Positions 1 through 12,650 are shown, counted from the stretch's first letter. The stretch: DNA of 64,000 nucleotides from Octopus vulgaris (GCA_951406725.2 OX597814.1:176700001-176764000), one strand, 5' to 3'. Program-made: numbers and translations. Notes: generated by a model not told the origin, from the sequence alone.

Positions 1-100
1 TAGCACATTCTGCCTGACAATGAGCCATGTCACATACAGCCCATCACTGACCTAGTTAGTAGCCAGGCAATGAAAAAGTACCCTTCCTAAACACTTATGT

Positions 101-570
101 GTGAAGGTGTGTGGCTTAGTAGTAAGGGTATTTGGCGCACGATTGTAAGGTCATGAGTTCAATTCCCAGCAACACAATGTGTCCTTGAGCAAGACACTTT
201 ATTCCACATTGCTCCAATCAACTCAGCTGACAAAAATGAGTAGTACCTGTATTTCAAAGGGCCAGCTTTGTCACACTCTGTGTCATACCGAATCTCCCTG
301 AGAACTATATTAACCCTTTCGTTACTGTATTTAATCTGAGATGCTCTGTGTTTCTTTCAATTGCTTTAAACATAACAAAGAATTTAGTAAAATAACTTAG
401 TTATCAGTCAGCTAGTGTTAGGAACATAAATTGTGATTAAAGTCTGAAAGGGTTAAAGATACATATATCTGTGGAGTGTTTAATCACTTGCACGTTAATT
501 TAACGAGCAGGCTGTTCCATTGATTGGCTCTAACTGGAGCCTTTGTTGTCATAACTGACAGAGTGCCAGT
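101..570 (+). mobile_element. tRNA-derived SINE (family D-like head), interrupted by a TTAA MITE
   Basis: Head gtgaaggtgtgtggcttagtagt (A-box-like), gagttcaattcc (B-box-like), CORE-like gtgtccttgagcaagacactt; same head type at 35151(-). Confidence 0.8.
310..456. mobile_element. piggyBac-type (TTAA) MITE, internally deleted
   Basis: TTAA-ccctttc...gaaaggg-TTAA; body near-identical to 8307-8536. Confidence 0.8.
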
Positions 571-2861
571 TAAACATTCATGAAGAACAGTAGTTCTAGC
601 TTAGTACTCCCCTTTTTGCAGAATGGCATTTCATAAACACTCACAACTCATATATTTCGAATAACAAAAAGAGAAATAAGGAAGGGACAGACTATTTTAA
701 ATCAAATAGAAGCTAATTTATATATTGATTTATTATCCACATATTCCTAAATTATCCCAGCCACCATGTGCCTCTTTCTAGATACTCACAAGGAATAGTG
801 TGCTTCTATGCTAAATTTCTATAGAAATCACTAAAGGTGAGGACTTATAAAATGAAGTTAAGTTTAGATTTATATTTTTCATGCATGTAAATAAAAAACA
901 AATGGAACAAAAGATGACATTACAATTTCAAGTTTAAATAAAATATTAGCATTATTAGTGGTATTAAGGAATCAAACATGTATCTTAGTATTTGGCTAAC
1001 TTCAAGACAAATGAAAAAAATATAATAATAATATATGATATTCATTCAACAAATTATTTTCCAAACACAATATTTAATAACTGAAAAATAATTAATGTCT
1101 ACCTTGTACTTGAAACAGTCATATTTCTGCACTTTTGCCAATCACTATTTTTTTTTAAATATGTAAAATATAAGTGACAAAGGACTGAGATATCTGATAC
1201 CATGCTGTGCTTAAGAAGACATATCCACTACAACAGGCTTGATATCTTAGAACTGTCTTGGTAAAATGCTTGTATGTGAGGAGCTTTGACCCCACCTAGC
1301 TTCCCCAACATCTCATTCCCTAACACTCATCACTTCTTTATCTCTGGTATTATTCGGCAACCATAATCACCTGAGAGCAGAATAGGCCACATCTCCTCCC
1401 TTTTGTTACTGTCTTCTTCCATTCCCTACCCCAAAACCACTTACATTCCTCATTATCTTCTTCCAGCCATGCTCTTTCCGCTTAGAGCCACTTCCATTCC
1501 TTGTTACCTTTTTTTCATCCATGCTCTCTCCTTTCTGCTATGATCCATCCATGTTTACACCTTTCATTCCCTATCTCTCCCAATACCCTCACACATTTAA
1601 CATAACACCTCCCCCTTCAGCCACTCCTTTCTCTCACAAGTCATCCCTGTCCCATCTTACTATCTCTCCTCACATTCTTATAAAACTGTCTCTTCTGTCA
1701 CCCCTGCTCACCCATCCAATACAATTCTCAGCATCACTTCAACTATATTCACCCCATTGTACATTGAGGGGATACCCTGACACATTCACCACCATCTCTC
1801 TCCTTCTCAATCTTCTCTCCAAGTTCTTCTTTCTCTCCCTTCTTCTCCAACAGGGATATCCTTGTATCTCTTCTACAAGACACCTGTCTCTATCCCTCTA
1901 TTATTCTTTTAACCTCTAAACTGGCACAGAGCCACTTCTCTCAATACTAGTCTCCTAGCTGAAGGGACTTCATTTTGTCTTCACAAATTACTTGGGTGAC
2001 CCTGCTGGTGCTAGTCCCTCCCATGGAAAATACACCCAGGACACTCTGTAAAGTGATTGTCATTAGGATGGCCACGCAGCCATAGAAACCATACCGAAAC
2101 AGACAATAGAGCTTGACATAACCCTCTGGCTTGCTTGCCCTTGTCACACCATCCAAACTATGCCAGCATAGAAAACAGACGTTAAATTGTTTAAATATAG
2201 CATTTCTACCCCGCTCCCCTACTTAATACCCAGTGATTTCCTTGTACATCAGCCACTTTAAAGAGCGTTATTGCTCAGATTAAAAACCACTGATGTAGAT
2301 GGTACACTTTTGTATAACTTGCCACACAAAAATATACTGATGTTAAACTGCATTATATCATGTGGGTTAGCAAGTTTATATTAGTCAAATATATTTGATT
2401 TCCATGTGAAGTAATTCTTGTTGGGCTGATCAGAAAGCATATTGGTGACACAGAGCTCCTGCTGTTCAGCAGGAGGTCTCCTTAGGATTTCTTTTTGCCC
2501 TTGCCAAACTCACCGATGGTGCCTACATAGGTCTCACTGTCTGCTCCCACCCTGGCATTGAAGTTTGGTCTCAAGATCAACACTTCAAAAACTGAGGTGC
2601 TTTACCAAGATTTCCAAGCAGATCAAGTGAGCAAAAGCCAGTGACAGTAAACAGAGAGCCCTTAAAGTGCACCGCGGCTTTTGTTGCTGGAGAGATGTTG
2701 ATTTATCTTATTTGGATAGAAGTGTTGTCTTTGCAATTGTTGAACACCAAATCGCCCTGACCAAGCAAGGAATTCAAAGGAATTCCAGTCTTGATCCAGG
2801 CCATCCTACTTTATATTCAAACATTATGCATCAAGAACTATATTGCCTCATATAACCTTCC

Positions 2862-3092
2862 TTCATCATCATCTTCATCGTTTAACGTCTGCTTTCCATG
2901 ATAGCATGGGTTAGATGATTTGACTGAGGACTGGTGAACCAGATGGCTGTACCAATCTGATCTGGCAGAGTTTCTACAGCTGGATACCCTTCCTAACGCC
3001 AACCATTCCAAGAGTGTAGTGGGTGCTTTTACGTGCCACCTGCATGAGGGCCAGTCAGGTGGTACTGGCAACGGCCGCGCTCAAATGGTGTT
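2862..3092 (-). mobile_element. RTE-LINE 3'UTR/tail fragment (family E, (GAT)n tail)
   Basis: catcatcatc...gtttaacgtctgctttccatg...cctaacgccaaccattcc motif shared by about 20 copies in the window. Confidence 0.8.
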
Positions 3093-4014
3093 TTTAAAAA
3101 CCCTTTGGCAATTAGATTATTCTGTCAAATGTAAAGTTTATTTATTTGCATTGTTTTGAATTAATCATGAATTATCTTGTAGTTTTGAGATTTTGATGAT
3201 GTGATTATTTATGCTTAGGATGACATTGTAGGGTAGGAGTTGAGGGGCCAGGTCTGGCTGATGTGAAGAAAAAAACAAGTAAAATACTGGGGCTTGATAT
3301 GGCTGCTTTAGATGCTACAGGGCTAATGTTATTTCTACCAGGTCAAGCAACAGATAGAGGCTCCCTTCTTAGCTCTAGTTAATTTCTTACATACATACAA
3401 GGCCAGAAATTTGTTAGGAGAGGGAACATTTGATTACATTGACTCCAATACTTAACAGGCACTTTACTTTATCAAACCTGGAAGGATAGAAGGCAAAGTT
3501 AACCATGGTAAGATTTGAACTCAGGAAGTAAAGAACCACAACTATGTATTTAAAATCATTTGGCCTGACATTTCAGCAATTCTCATAGAGTTAATAATAC
3601 TGGTGATAGATTAAGGTAGCACAATTCCAGATGTGGTGAGAATGTATTCAATGTAAAGAGGTCATTAATTTAAAGACCAACCACTTTCCTGACCTAAATC
3701 TATAAAAAGGTTAATTCAACACAGATAACTAGCTATTTCACTTCTGTAAGTGTGATGAAATTTGTTTTATTAAGTGTCATCAAAGATAGTTTGGGACTTA
3801 GCACATGACATGACAGCATGACACTATTATTATTTTTACTGGAAGAGTAGCAATTTGGTAGAAATGGTAAAACAGCCTCAGGATAGTTGCCTTTTGTCTC
3901 TTTGCAGGATCAATAAATATCAGTAATATAATCAAGAAGTTGATTGAACTGACATAAATTGTTCTAGGATCAAAAAACGAAATTCCTGTTACTACTGCCA
4001 TTGTTATTATTATA

Positions 4015-4445
4015 CGAAGGTGGCATGCTGGCAGAATTGTTAGCATGCCATACAAAAAACTTATGCATTTGTTCGTCTCTGTTCTGAGTTCAAGTCTTGC
4101 AAAGGTCAACCTTGTCTTATGTCCTTTCAGGGTCAGTGAAATAAGTACCAGTCAAGTGCTGGGATTGATGTAATCACCTTCCTCCTCCCACTAAATGGTT
4201 CAGTGCCAAAATTTAAAATCATCATTATCATCATTATTGTTGTTGTTAAGGAGGTGAGCTGGCAGAATCATTAACACTCAGGGCAAAATGTTTAGTGACA
4301 TTTTGTCCATCCTTACTTTCTGAGTTCAATTCCGCAGAGGTTGACTTTGCCTTTCATCCACTTACACACTAGGGTCAATGTAATCGACCATCCCCCTACC
4401 CACAAATTCCAGGCCTTGTGCCTATAGTAGAAAGGATTATTATTA
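4015..4445 (+). mobile_element. Two adjacent family A SINEs (A2 tail)
   Basis: Head ggtgagctggcagaa, B-box gagttcaa, core gactttgcctttcatcc, tail ggccttgtgcctatagtagaaagg. Confidence 0.8.
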
Positions 4446-4542
4446 TTGGAAATGGCTGAGATAGAGTGCTGTAGTTCTGTGTGCCTGGAATCCAAATTCA
4501 AATCTGACAAAGAATGGTGCTGCCCTTCATCACTCTACAATT

Positions 4543-4790
4543 CATCATCATCATCGTTTAACGTCCGCTTTCCATGCTAGCATGGGTTGGACAGTTCGAC
4601 TGGGGTCTGGGAAGCCAGGAGGCTGCACCCGACTCCAGTTTGATCTGGCAGTGTTTCTACAGCTGGATGCTCTTCCTAACGCCAACCACTCCGTGAGTGT
4701 AGTGGGTGCTTTTTACGTGCCACCGGCACAGATGCCAGGAGGCTGGCAACAGCCACGATCGGTTGGTTCTTTTTACGTGCCACCAACCAA
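4543..4790 (-). mobile_element. RTE 3'UTR/tail fragment (family E)
   Basis: Same family E motif with (CAT)n on the plus strand. Confidence 0.8.
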
Positions 4791-4944
4791 ACCATTCAAC
4801 TGTGGTGTACGATAATTTTAACTCTTTAACATTTAAACCAGCCATATCTGGCTTAAATATTCTACTTGTTTTACGTTCAAATCAGCTAGATCCAGCCTTT
4901 CACACCTACCTTATAATGTCACTCTAAAAATATACCATCACAAT

Positions 4945-5273
4945 ACCAGACCGCAACTCCCTTGATTGTCACGTGTGGGGTGCAGTTGAGCGAGAGACCA
5001 AGAAATCTCTTTGTAACACTAAAGATGAACTGACGGCAAGGATTATGGCAGTATTCACCAACTTAAACAAGGAGACCATCCAGAAGACTTGCAGGAGATT
5101 CCGAAGTCATCTGAAGGTTGTGGTTGAAGCCAATTGCGATTTTATTGAATAAATTTACTGTTTATTTCAAGATATTTTTATGTAATTTTGGTAAATATAT
5201 CTGTTAAAATGAAATATGAGCGTTATTTTCATTTTTGCATAATTTAGACAACAATTTACTTACCACACCCTTG
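4945..5273 (+). mobile_element. Tc1/mariner-superfamily (maT-like) transposase 3' remnant
   Basis: Translates PDRNSLDCHVWGAVERET (decayed SPDLNPLDYxVW motif); ends in TIR-like cacacccttg-TA. Confidence 0.6.
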
Positions 5274-5599
5274 TATATACATACACACACATAAAGATAT
5301 ATATGTATGTATGCATATATGTATGTATGTATGTATGCATGCATATATATATAGCTGGTGCCATGTAAAAAGTCCATGTGCTGGTGCCACATAAGAAGCA
5401 CTCAGTACACGTAAAGTGGAAGGCTGTAGGAAGGGTACGCAACCATAGAAACCATGCCAAAATAGACAATTGGAGCTTGATGCAGTTCTGCAGCTCAACA
5501 GCTCCTATCAAATTGTTCAACCTATGCCAGCATGGAAAACAGACATTAAATGATTATACATGATTAGTATAAGATATATAAAAGAACCATGTGGCTATC

Positions 5600-6815
5600 A
5601 CAGTAAGCTCCTCATATGGACTCAGCTATCAGCCCACATAGTGATCAATTACAAACTAGTGTAATGTAAAGTATCCAAGGGTTTGCCTGGGGGAAACAAA
5701 TAGACCTAGAAGGTTCCTTTGATGTAGTATGCAATATCACAGATATCTGTGATCTCATAGGCCCCTTTATATTAGATACCCTAGATAAGAATTTCCATCA
5801 ACTTACTTTGGCCTATATAGAGATACTGCTTTACCTATCCCTAGAGGTGTGAAATAGCACACCCTGACAAGTTCAGAAAAACCTGATCTACATCCTCATT
5901 TCCTTCAGGCTCAAGGTTACTATAGAGATCCAACCTAGTTGCTGTTAATTTTATAGATATAACACTCAATATAGGAACAGGTTCATACAGGCCATATTGC
6001 AAACCAAACAAGAGGTTGCTGTGCATCAACACAGCTCTCTGCTACCCACCGTTACTGTTTAAAAACATTATAAAAGGCATCAGTAGGAATATCTCTGTTT
6101 GTGATGCAGCAGCCCCCTACTATAATAAGGCTTTGGCAGCCAGCAGGTTTCAAGACTGCATTACTTACATGCCTGGCCCTAGCACCCACAAAAAATGCTA
6201 CTGCAAAGTCATCTGGCTTGCCCTCCACTTCATCTCACTTAAGGTGAAAGTCTACATGGGTAGGGCTTCCCTTAGATTAGTGGATAAAACATTTGATGTA
6301 GGGTCATAGATATAGGAAAATATCAATTAGATGTAACTTAAAGGACTCATTCAGGTCCTAATATCTAAAATAATATTAGTATTCTTAAACCATGGACAGA
6401 GACAGGAAGTTCATGTAAGGTTTACAAGAGTACCCAGTGAATGGCCAATAGAACACAGAAGCCATGGTTACAAAACAAGCTGATACATATAGAGAAATAT
6501 GCTGGGTCATTGAAGATTCAGGTTGAATAATCACAGATCCTCTTTTAGAATCCAGGAAAGGTGTAGTGTTACAACTTTAACCAGCTGTATATGGCAATTA
6601 AAAGGGGAAAGCAACATTATATAATATCAACTGGAGGTTAGTGGAATATTTTCAGCTGTATATAATGAGAAGCTACAGACTGCATGGTAGAGAGGTGAAT
6701 CATTCAAAAAAGCTCACATGCTCTGGACACTTTCTTGAACATTGAAACTGAAATTTTTGGCTGCTACCTTCTTGGGAATAAATTCATTTTAGCAACATAA
6801 CCATAGCTGTTTCTG
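5600..6815 (+). mobile_element. Penelope-like element remnant (RT C-terminus plus GIY-YIG region), frameshifted
   Basis: DITLNIGTGSYRPYCKPNKRLLCINTALCYPPLLFKNI, AAPYYNKALAAS, KVIW, RLNNHRSSFR and CIWQLK resemble PLE ORF motifs; boundaries approximate. Confidence 0.75.
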
Positions 6816-6822
6816 AACTAGG

Positions 6823-6887
<65 letters not shown>

Positions 6888-6895
6888 CATGCATA

Positions 6896-7151
6896 CAGTA
6901 ATGCCTTGATATACAAGTTAATTTGTTCCTGGAGACTGCTTGAAAAGTGAAAACTCATAAAGCAGAGCAATAATTTTCCAGAGTAGAAATGAAAATTTTA
7001 TGCCGTCATTTTATTCCATTGCTGTGTAGATACGTCCGAACCAGTGTTGTCACATGTGACATTGCCACAGACAAAATGGCTGTTTAATCTTTTATATTTG
7101 TTATAAAATAAAACTTGTAAACCCGGGGTCTCGTAAAGTGAGGTATTACTA
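6896..7151. mobile_element. Tigger/pogo-like MITE
   Basis: TA-cagtaatgccttgatatacaag ... ctcgtaaagtgaggtattact-(TA)n imperfect ~22-bp TIRs. Confidence 0.65.
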
Positions 7152-7234
7152 TATATATATATTATATACACACAGAGTTTACACACTTCACCCATGGCTA
7201 ACACCAATCCATTGGGAATATTTCTATTTTTCTC

Positions 7235-7405
7235 CAGGGCCTTAAAGTTAACTTAGCTAAGGCTAAAGTTCTTATTAGCAAGAAAGGAGAGAAGACTCAT
7301 TCCGGCTGGCAAATGGCCCTGTTCAATATGTAAGAAAGGAGTGGGATGTAATTCCATTTGCTGCACCAAATGTAAACTACAGACACATAAGAGATGCAAT
7401 GGCTA
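7235..7405 (+). mobile_element. RTE LINE internal fragment with Cys-rich finger
   Basis: GLKVNLAKAKVLISKK, frameshift, then GKWPCSICKKGVGCNSICCTKCKLQTHKRC. Confidence 0.7.
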
Positions 7406-8306
7406 GATGTTCAGCAATGAAAGGAAGTTCACTGGTATTTTGTTTTCTGCAAATCTAAGAGTCTCCAAAATTGAATGGAACTTTAAGCATGTATATGTGT
7501 ATACACACACCTTACAACCATTAATTTTAGGTTTCACCAGCTATTTACACAACCAATAAAATATGTGAGGCAATTTTGTATTTATATACTGGATAAACAA
7601 GGAAAAGCTGTTGAATTGTATAAAGCTATCAGTTTACTTGTCTTTTTGAAAATAATATGAATTTTTTTGTTTGTGTTAACTAAGGAAATTTTATTCTTTT
7701 TCTTATATAACGCAGGTAACTGTGTTATGTGACTATTTTTAATTATCTAACAATCCTCAGGTGTTATGCAATTTTAAAATATTTTAGTAACTATTTTGAT
7801 TTTCAACAACAAAAAGATATCAGTTCTGAACATTTGCTCAGGTATAACTTTTGTGTAACAAACAGAATATTAATTATCTGAGAGGATAATGTCACAGCCG
7901 TTGTTAGTGTGTTTATAAGGATTGGTATGTTGAAATATATCCCATGCAATTTTTCTAAATATTTCTAAAAACCAAAAAAAAAAATAAGATCAATATTTTT
8001 TAAAGCTCACATGAATTTTGATAAACTTATGCACAAAAACCTTTCTACAAATACTGACTAAACTGTCCTTTAAATTTATATTCAGTTAATACAATGTTAT
8101 CAGTGAAAACTGAATCAGCAACTGTACATATATACTTCTTGCACAACAAACTATTGATTTCGAACTGCATGAATTAGTTAACGGAGAATTCACAAAGTTA
8201 AGATAAAGACACAAGCTGGAAGTATTATATATAGAAGGTTGTTTAACATTTTCATTATTTATGTTCACTATTTCTATTGCAAAACTGTGTACAGCTGAAG
8301 CTAAAT

Positions 8307-8536
8307 TTAACCCTTTCGTTACCGTATATATTTTGAGATGCTCCGTGTTTCATTCAATTTATTTTAAATATAACAAAGAATTTAGTAAAAGAACTTAGTT
8401 ATCATTAAGCTAGTATTGGGAACATAAATTGTGACTAAGGTTTGGTGGAAGATTTTAATTCAATACTTATGAAAACAAGACATTTGTACTACAGAGCCAG
8501 AGGCGGTTTTGGCAGGGTTGGTATCAAAAAGGTTAA
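8307..8536. mobile_element. piggyBac-type (TTAA) MITE
   Basis: TTAA-ccctttcgttacc ... ggtatcaaaaagg-TTAA; related copies at 310 and ~47370-48229. Confidence 0.8.
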
Positions 8537-9449
8537 TGTTGTTTCTATTCGAAATTTTAAAATATTTACAATTCATCAAAAGTGGTTAAGTAAGTATTTA
8601 TACTAAGATTGCCCAAACTAAATGATTTTAAAATTTTCTTATACAACTCATTCTATCTTTACGCTATTTCATTTTAATGCTTCGTTATAAAGGTCTACAT
8701 TGTAGAAAAAAAATTTTCAAGGTGAAATACCAGCTAACCAGACACTAATATTTTTTACAAAATTGCTAATCATAGAAGCAGGTGATTTGCATAGGTCAGA
8801 CAGAATAACCGAGTTAGATTTTCTACAGCTAAATGCCCTTCCTGTTGCTATCCCACACCTTTTCTTCCAAACAAGGTAATATTTCTCTAAGGCCAGACAT
8901 GTTCTTGCAGAATATGGGAAATAAATGACACTGTATGGCAATTGATATCAAGACAAGAAGACACACACACATACAGATAGAAAGATAAACACTGCGTGGG
9001 CTCTTTAAGTTTCTGTTTACAAAATCCATTTACAAATCTTTGGTTGGCTTGAGGCTATAGAAGATACTTGCCCAAGGTGCCATGCACTGGGACTGAACCC
9101 AGAATCATGTAATTGGAAAGCAAACTTCTTACCATACAGCCATGTCTGCCCATATCATCATCATCACTGTTTAACGTCCGTTTTCTATGCTAGCACGGGT
9201 TGGATGGTTCGATCGGGATCTGGGAAGCCAGGAGGCTGCACCAGGCTCCAATCTGATCTGGCAGTGTTTCTACAGCTGGATGCCCTTCCTAACACCAACT
9301 ACTCCGTGAGTATAGTAGGTGCTTTTTATGTGCCACCAGCACAGGGGCCAGAGGAGACTAGCAAACGGCCACAATCGGTTGGTGCTTTTTACGTGTCACT
9401 GGCATAGATGCCAGTCAATACATACATATATGTGAATGAACATGTGCAC

Positions 9450-9860
9450 ACAGAGTCCATCATCAATAGAAGTACTAGACCCAGGACTTCACAGTATCCA
9501 TCAGGGCTACTCAATATAATACAGACAACCTTAGAATCAAGGAGGCCATCTTCATAAACAAGCTGAACCCAGATCTAAACAACGGAAAAAAGCTACATGA
9601 AGCAGACTGATTATTATAACAAAACCAGTCAACGCATGTCACCACCCTCTCCCACATGTCAGAGCAATGACTTATTCCATCCCTCATTATTCCAAGTGTC
9701 CTTAAGAAAGGTTATAACTCCGAAAAAGATAAAACTTCAACTGATGTTGTTTTCACTTTTGTACTTGACGTTGTATTTTATTTTGCATTGTTTTAGCCTT
9801 ATCAAAAAACTTTTTATCAAATGTAATATCACACAATGGTTCACCCAAGTTATTCTATGT
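9450..9860 (+). mobile_element. Penelope-like element 3' end (GIY-YIG C-terminus plus terminal repeat)
   Basis: LRIKEAIFINKLNPDLN motif, followed by a decayed hammerhead-like ccttaaga-aaggttataactcc-gaaa at ~9700-9726. Confidence 0.65.
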
Positions 9861-10699
9861 TAATACATACACGCACACACCAAAATGATGTGAAAGCATT
9901 ACATTTGAAAATAATCTGAATGCTAAAGGGTTAAATTTGTTTGAACCATAATTTTAAAGTTTAAATCTTTAAATAATTCAATGAAAAGGTTTCTTGAATG
10001 TTAATATATGTATATATCATCATCATCACTATCATTTTCATGTTTGTATGGACCATATGTGAGTATGTTGGGGCAGAATTTTCTACGACTGGATGCCCTT
10101 CCTGTTGCTAACCACCACCTGTTTCCAAGTGAGGTGATAACCTGCCAGTTTAGTGAGCAACAAACAGCCCATACATGCTTTTGTAGAGGACTACAAGCAA
10201 ATGACTGTTAGTAAAGCCAATGTTAACAAAGCGGCAAGCAAAACGCATATGCAGACATGAGAAATATGAAATCCTACACACATACACATATTTACTGTCC
10301 ACACTGTAAAGTGGTTGGCTTTTGGAAGGGCATCCAGCTGTAAAAACTGTGCCAAAAACAGACAAAAATTTGGTGCAGTCTTCTGCCTGGCCAGTTCCTG
10401 TCAAACCACCCAACCCATGCCAGAATGGAAGATGGACATTAAAAATGATGATGATGACAGTAATAACTACACGCACACACACACGTGTGAGTGTATATAT
10501 AAAATGGACTTCTTTCAGTTTCCATCTACCGTATTTATTCAGAAAACTTTGGTTGGCCCAGGGTTAAACAAGACACCTGCCCGAGGTGCCATGCAATGGG
10601 ACTGAACCAGAACCATGTGTATACCTTCCCCCATACATATACATACAATGATTATAGAGTGATGCTAGAGATGTAAATTCATGCATGCATTAATTTCAA

Positions 10700-12110
10700 C
10701 TCTTTCTGTTAATAACTGCATTGTTTCTTTAGAGCTAAACCGACATCTGACAGTTCAAAGAAGACTTCAAAAGTAACTAGTAGTGACTTCTCTTGAAAAT
10801 GAACAAAATTTGGAATTGTGGTGTTATCAAGTAGCTGCAGAAAAAGGCTTTAGCTCCCAAGGACATTAATGTTGACATGATTACTACATTAGGGAATGAC
10901 ACTCCAGATTTATCAACTGTGCAAAACTGAGTAGCTGGAATTTACAAGGAGAAAGGAGTCTTGAAGATGACCCAACATCTGGACATCCTGAAACTGCAAC
11001 CACCAAGGAAAACGCTGATCATGTTCACCACATGATGGATAACAGGCAATTGACTATAAATTAAATAGCCAATGCTATTAGAATATCCTGCCTTACTGGC
11101 ACCTGTGCTGGTGGCATTTGTAAAAAGATTCGAGCGAGGTCGTTGCCAGTGGCACGTAAAAAGCACCTACTACACTCTTGGAGTGGTTGGCGTTAGGAAG
11201 GGCATCCAACTGTAGAAACTCTGCCAAATCAAGATTGGAGCCTGGTGCAGCCATCTGGTTCGTCAGCCCTCAGTCAAAATCGTCCAACCCATGCTAGCAT
11301 GGAAAGCGGACGTTAAACAATAATGATGATGTGAGAGAGTTGAAAACATTCTGTACAATGAACTTGGCATAATGAAGGTTTCTGCTCAGTAGGTGCCACA
11401 TCTGACACCTGATCAAAAGCACACCAGGCTGATCACATCACGGCAAACTTTGACATTGAGGTAGGTCCAGCTGGTTCCTTTGAACATTTCCTAACCCAGA
11501 ATGAGCCAGAGACAAAGAAACAATCAATACAGTGGAAACTGCCCCTCTTCACCTGCTCCAAAGAAGGCCAATGTTGTTTTATCTGCAGTGAAGGTGATAG
11601 CCTCAGTTTTTTGGAATGCAAAAGGCATTGTGCTTATTAACTGTCTTCAAAAAGGCCACACTATCAAAGGAGAATACTTTGCAAACTTGCTATGGCAGTT
11701 ACAAAAAGCTATTAAAACCAAACGCCCAGGAAAACTGATGACAGGAGTCTTGTTTGATCAGGACAATGCTCCAGCACACAAATCCTTGGTTTCAATGGCT
11801 GCTGTGTGTGACTGTGGATTTGAACTGGTTGATCACTCTTCCTGTCTCCTGATTTGGGCTGATGTTCTGACAATCATCTGTTCCCCAACATGAAAAAACA
11901 CTTGGCTTGGAACCAGTATCACAGTGATGACATCATGTTTGCTGTTGATGACTTGGACCAAGAGGAAAATTTCTTTACCAATGGGATCTAAGCACTGCAG
12001 TACTGAAGGAGGAAGTGAAACAGGACTATACTGGAAAATAAGCCTCATTTGGTTGCATTCCAAGAGAGTGTCTTGGTTACCTTACGAACTTTTCAGCTGA
12101 CCATTGTGTA
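10700..12110 (+). mobile_element. Decayed mariner transposon, interrupted by a family E tail at 11091-11331
   Basis: KVIASVFWNAKGIVLINCLQKGHTI and DQDNAPAHKS (HDNAPAH motif) in ORF 11501-11893; right TIR-like gaacttttcagctgacc near 12086; left end unclear. Confidence 0.85.
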
Positions 12111-12298
12111 TGTGTGTGGTTAAGAAGTTTGTTTCCCAAACATGTGGTCTTGGGATCAGCCCCACTGTACAGCAACTTGGACAAGTGTCTTCTAGTATAA
12201 CATTGGGCTGACCCAAGCTTTGCTAATGAATTTGGCAGATGAAAACTGAAAGAAGCCCATCATATATATATATGTGTGTGTGTGAACATGCATATATA

Positions 12299-12650
12299 TG
12301 TCAGGTCACTCTTGGGTGCTACTAGTAACATGTAACCCAGGACAACCTGTTGCATGGCCAGGTCATTGGCAACTAAACTGGTAACCCCATCAAACTTGCT
12401 TGGTGGGGAGGGTTACTGGTGGACACCCTGTAGGACGAAAAATATGACCTGTCAAAGGACAAAAGAGCTCATGAGCAGTGAATGGCCATTCAACAATGTG
12501 TACACATGTATGTATGCATGGTGATGTGGAAATACCTGGGTTGGTGTCCAGGTGTGCAGTTGGTCTGCTGGGAGTGAGAAGCCTCTCTGTTGTTATAAAA
12601 TCTCGCTCTAGGAGAGGGAAACTCTGAGAGAAAACCTGCAACACTGACAA
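12299..12650 (+). mobile_element. Probable RTE-LINE 5'UTR fragment nested in a family B SINE
   Basis: ggagagggaaactctga...aaacc resembles RTE 5'UTR motifs (from memory); begins with an HDV-like fold. Confidence 0.5.
12304..12381 (+). ncRNA. Degenerate HDV-like self-cleaving ribozyme motif
   Basis: P1 GGTCAC/ATGGCC, P2 CCAGG/ACTGG, P3 ACA/TGC, L3 ACCTGT with CC able to pair GG at 12361-62, J4/2 CTAA; correct nested order, one mismatch in each of P1-P3. Confidence 0.5.

Noticed and set aside
1521-1919. 132-aa ORF
   Set aside because: Pyrimidine-rich low-complexity DNA giving S/L/P/H bias; no recognisable domain or splice context.
7820-7965. Strong minus-strand acceptor as next exon of the MCRIP-like gene
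   Set aside because: The required phase-2 frame stops at once (A AAT ATT TAG); other frames show no family motif.
12299-12649. Solo LTR (TGTCAG...CTGACA ends)
   Set aside because: No clean TSD; content fits an RTE 5'UTR with an HDV-like fold better.
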